A DNA stretch of 51,477 nucleotides. Origin: Candidatus Berkelbacteria bacterium. Its GTDB lineage: Bacteria > Patescibacteriota > UBA1384 > XYA2-FULL-43-10 > CAINNR01. Below are positions 50,401 through 51,477 of the stretch, one piece after another. The notes beneath the pieces were generated by a model that worked only from the letters and a program-made list of their open reading frames with translations, searched no databases and was not told the origin of the DNA. Position 1 is the first letter of the stretch. The number at the start of each line of letters is the position of its first letter. The stretch lies in assembly GCA_026397205.1 (NCBI GenBank), contig JAPLVH010000014.1:1-51477 (forward strand), read 5' to 3'. A program made the translations under genes and the position numbers.

Positions 50401-51237
50401 ATGACGTCCGGACGACTGCTGTTAGGACAACCTGCAGTACAGCTGTTCCTCGAGAAACTCGGCATCGAAGCGGATCCGTTCCGCGAACTTGACGAGTTCA
50501 AAGCGGCCTGCGAGCAGGCCAACCCAAGGTACAAGGGCGGGCGTGATCTGGTCCGCTTCCAGTTGGAAGCTGACGAGACCACCTGGCCCAGTGGCGTCAG
50601 GCAAGCCACCATGAACCTCGCCAACAAGCTCGGAATGACCCATGGCGAGACACCACTTATCGGCGAATGGGATCTGATCATCGCCCTCGGTGGTGCCCGG
50701 CGTTCGCCCCTGCACCGCGCCTGCTACGCGACGCAGTCGATCATTGAGAGCCGCGCAAGTGGCATGCTCGTGATCGCTGGCTCGACACGGAAACTCTACG
50801 ACCCCGAGCACCCGGAGATCATGAGCCCTGAGCAGAAGCAAGTGCAGGACTTCGCGCCTAACGCGATGACCGAGTACGATCTCTGCGTCGGCACCCAGTC
50901 GACGATCGAGAAGAAGTACGAGTGCTGGCCAGGGATTTCGATCACGACGATCTGTGAAGAGAACCCCCGATCCGGCAACGACGGCGTCATCGACAAGGTA
51001 ATGTCCGATCTCGGCAACGACCAACCGCTTCGTGTCGCCGCCGTCACGACCCGCATCTACGTCATCAGCCTCGAGCTGGACATGGCGCGGGCGGCCAAGC
51101 GTCACGGATGGCGTAACTTCGCCGCCGCTGGTCACGCCTCTGATCCCGAGATGGTCTTCAACCGGACCATCAGCACCTACCTGTCGGAATGTCTGACCAC
51201 CTGTCGCAAAGCGGCAATCGCCGCCGCCGAGGTCTGA
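50401..51237 (+). CDS. Uncharacterised GC-rich gene, possibly remote DUF218-like fold (cassette)
   Basis: TTGACT-17-(TGA)TATAAT, AAGGAGG SD, DLIIALGGAR...VIAGS, terminator accgcctccc..gggaggcggt followed by T-run. Confidence 0.8.
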   Translation: MTSGRLLLGQPAVQLFLEKLGIEADPFRELDEFKAACEQANPRYKGGRDLVRFQLEADETTWPSGVRQATMNLANKLGMTHGETPLIGEWDLIIALGGARRSPLHRACYATQSIIESRASGMLVIAGSTRKLYDPEHPEIMSPEQKQVQDFAPNAMTEYDLCVGTQSTIEKKYECWPGISITTICEENPRSGNDGVIDKVMSDLGNDQPLRVAAVTTRIYVISLELDMARAAKRHGWRNFAAAGHASDPEMVFNRTISTYLSECLTTCRKAAIAAAEV

Positions 51238-51477
51238 TCCGCTCCCGCATCACCCGACCCAAACCTAAAACCGCCTCCCAGCGTATCGGGAGGCGGTGCT
51301 TTTTTTATTTAGCTCAACTTATTTCTGATCAGGAATTTTTTTTATGATAATATACCCATTACCCCCAAGATGACCCGGTTCGTAAAGTCGGTCTCTGTCG
51401 GAGTGCCTTTCAATCAGAATTTCACCATCACTCTCAAGTTTTGAAATTAATTCAGCAAAAGCTTTTGACACCTCACC

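Noticed and set aside
50422..51135. 237-aa minus-strand ORF
   Set aside because: Antisense shadow in GC-rich DNA; the promoter, SD and terminator all support the plus-strand ORF.

Overview
Chromosomal segment of a small-genome bacterium using genetic code 11 (TGA is a stop). Gene content and style suggest Patescibacteria/CPR; this is inference. The backbone is housekeeping: tRNA-Ser(GGA), ppsA, recX/recA, rodZ-like, ftsK, rnj, udg, pnp, rpsO, nrnA, rpsT, lepB, holA, split polA, purN, thyA-tmk, ychF-rpsF-ssb-rpsR-efp, frameshifted pyrC, groES/EL, VanW, a degenerate HppA-like protein and two toxin-antitoxin pairs. Two layers sit on top of it. (1) About 20 self-contained moron-like expression cassettes lie between core genes, mostly antisense to them. 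Each has a sigma70-type promoter, a Shine-Dalgarno site (mostly GGAGG/GAGGT), an orphan ORF and an intrinsic terminator. Two pairs share homologous control frames around unrelated ORFs, one cassette is bounded by an exact 18-bp direct repeat, and one unit has no ORF and looks like a ~58-nt sRNA with a C-rich loop. (2) Several families of short palindromic or short-period repeats occur in intergenic DNA and in frame inside core genes (ppsA, recA, rpsO, polA, rpsF, vanW, hppA-like). All calls come from reading the sequence by eye; no database searches were run.
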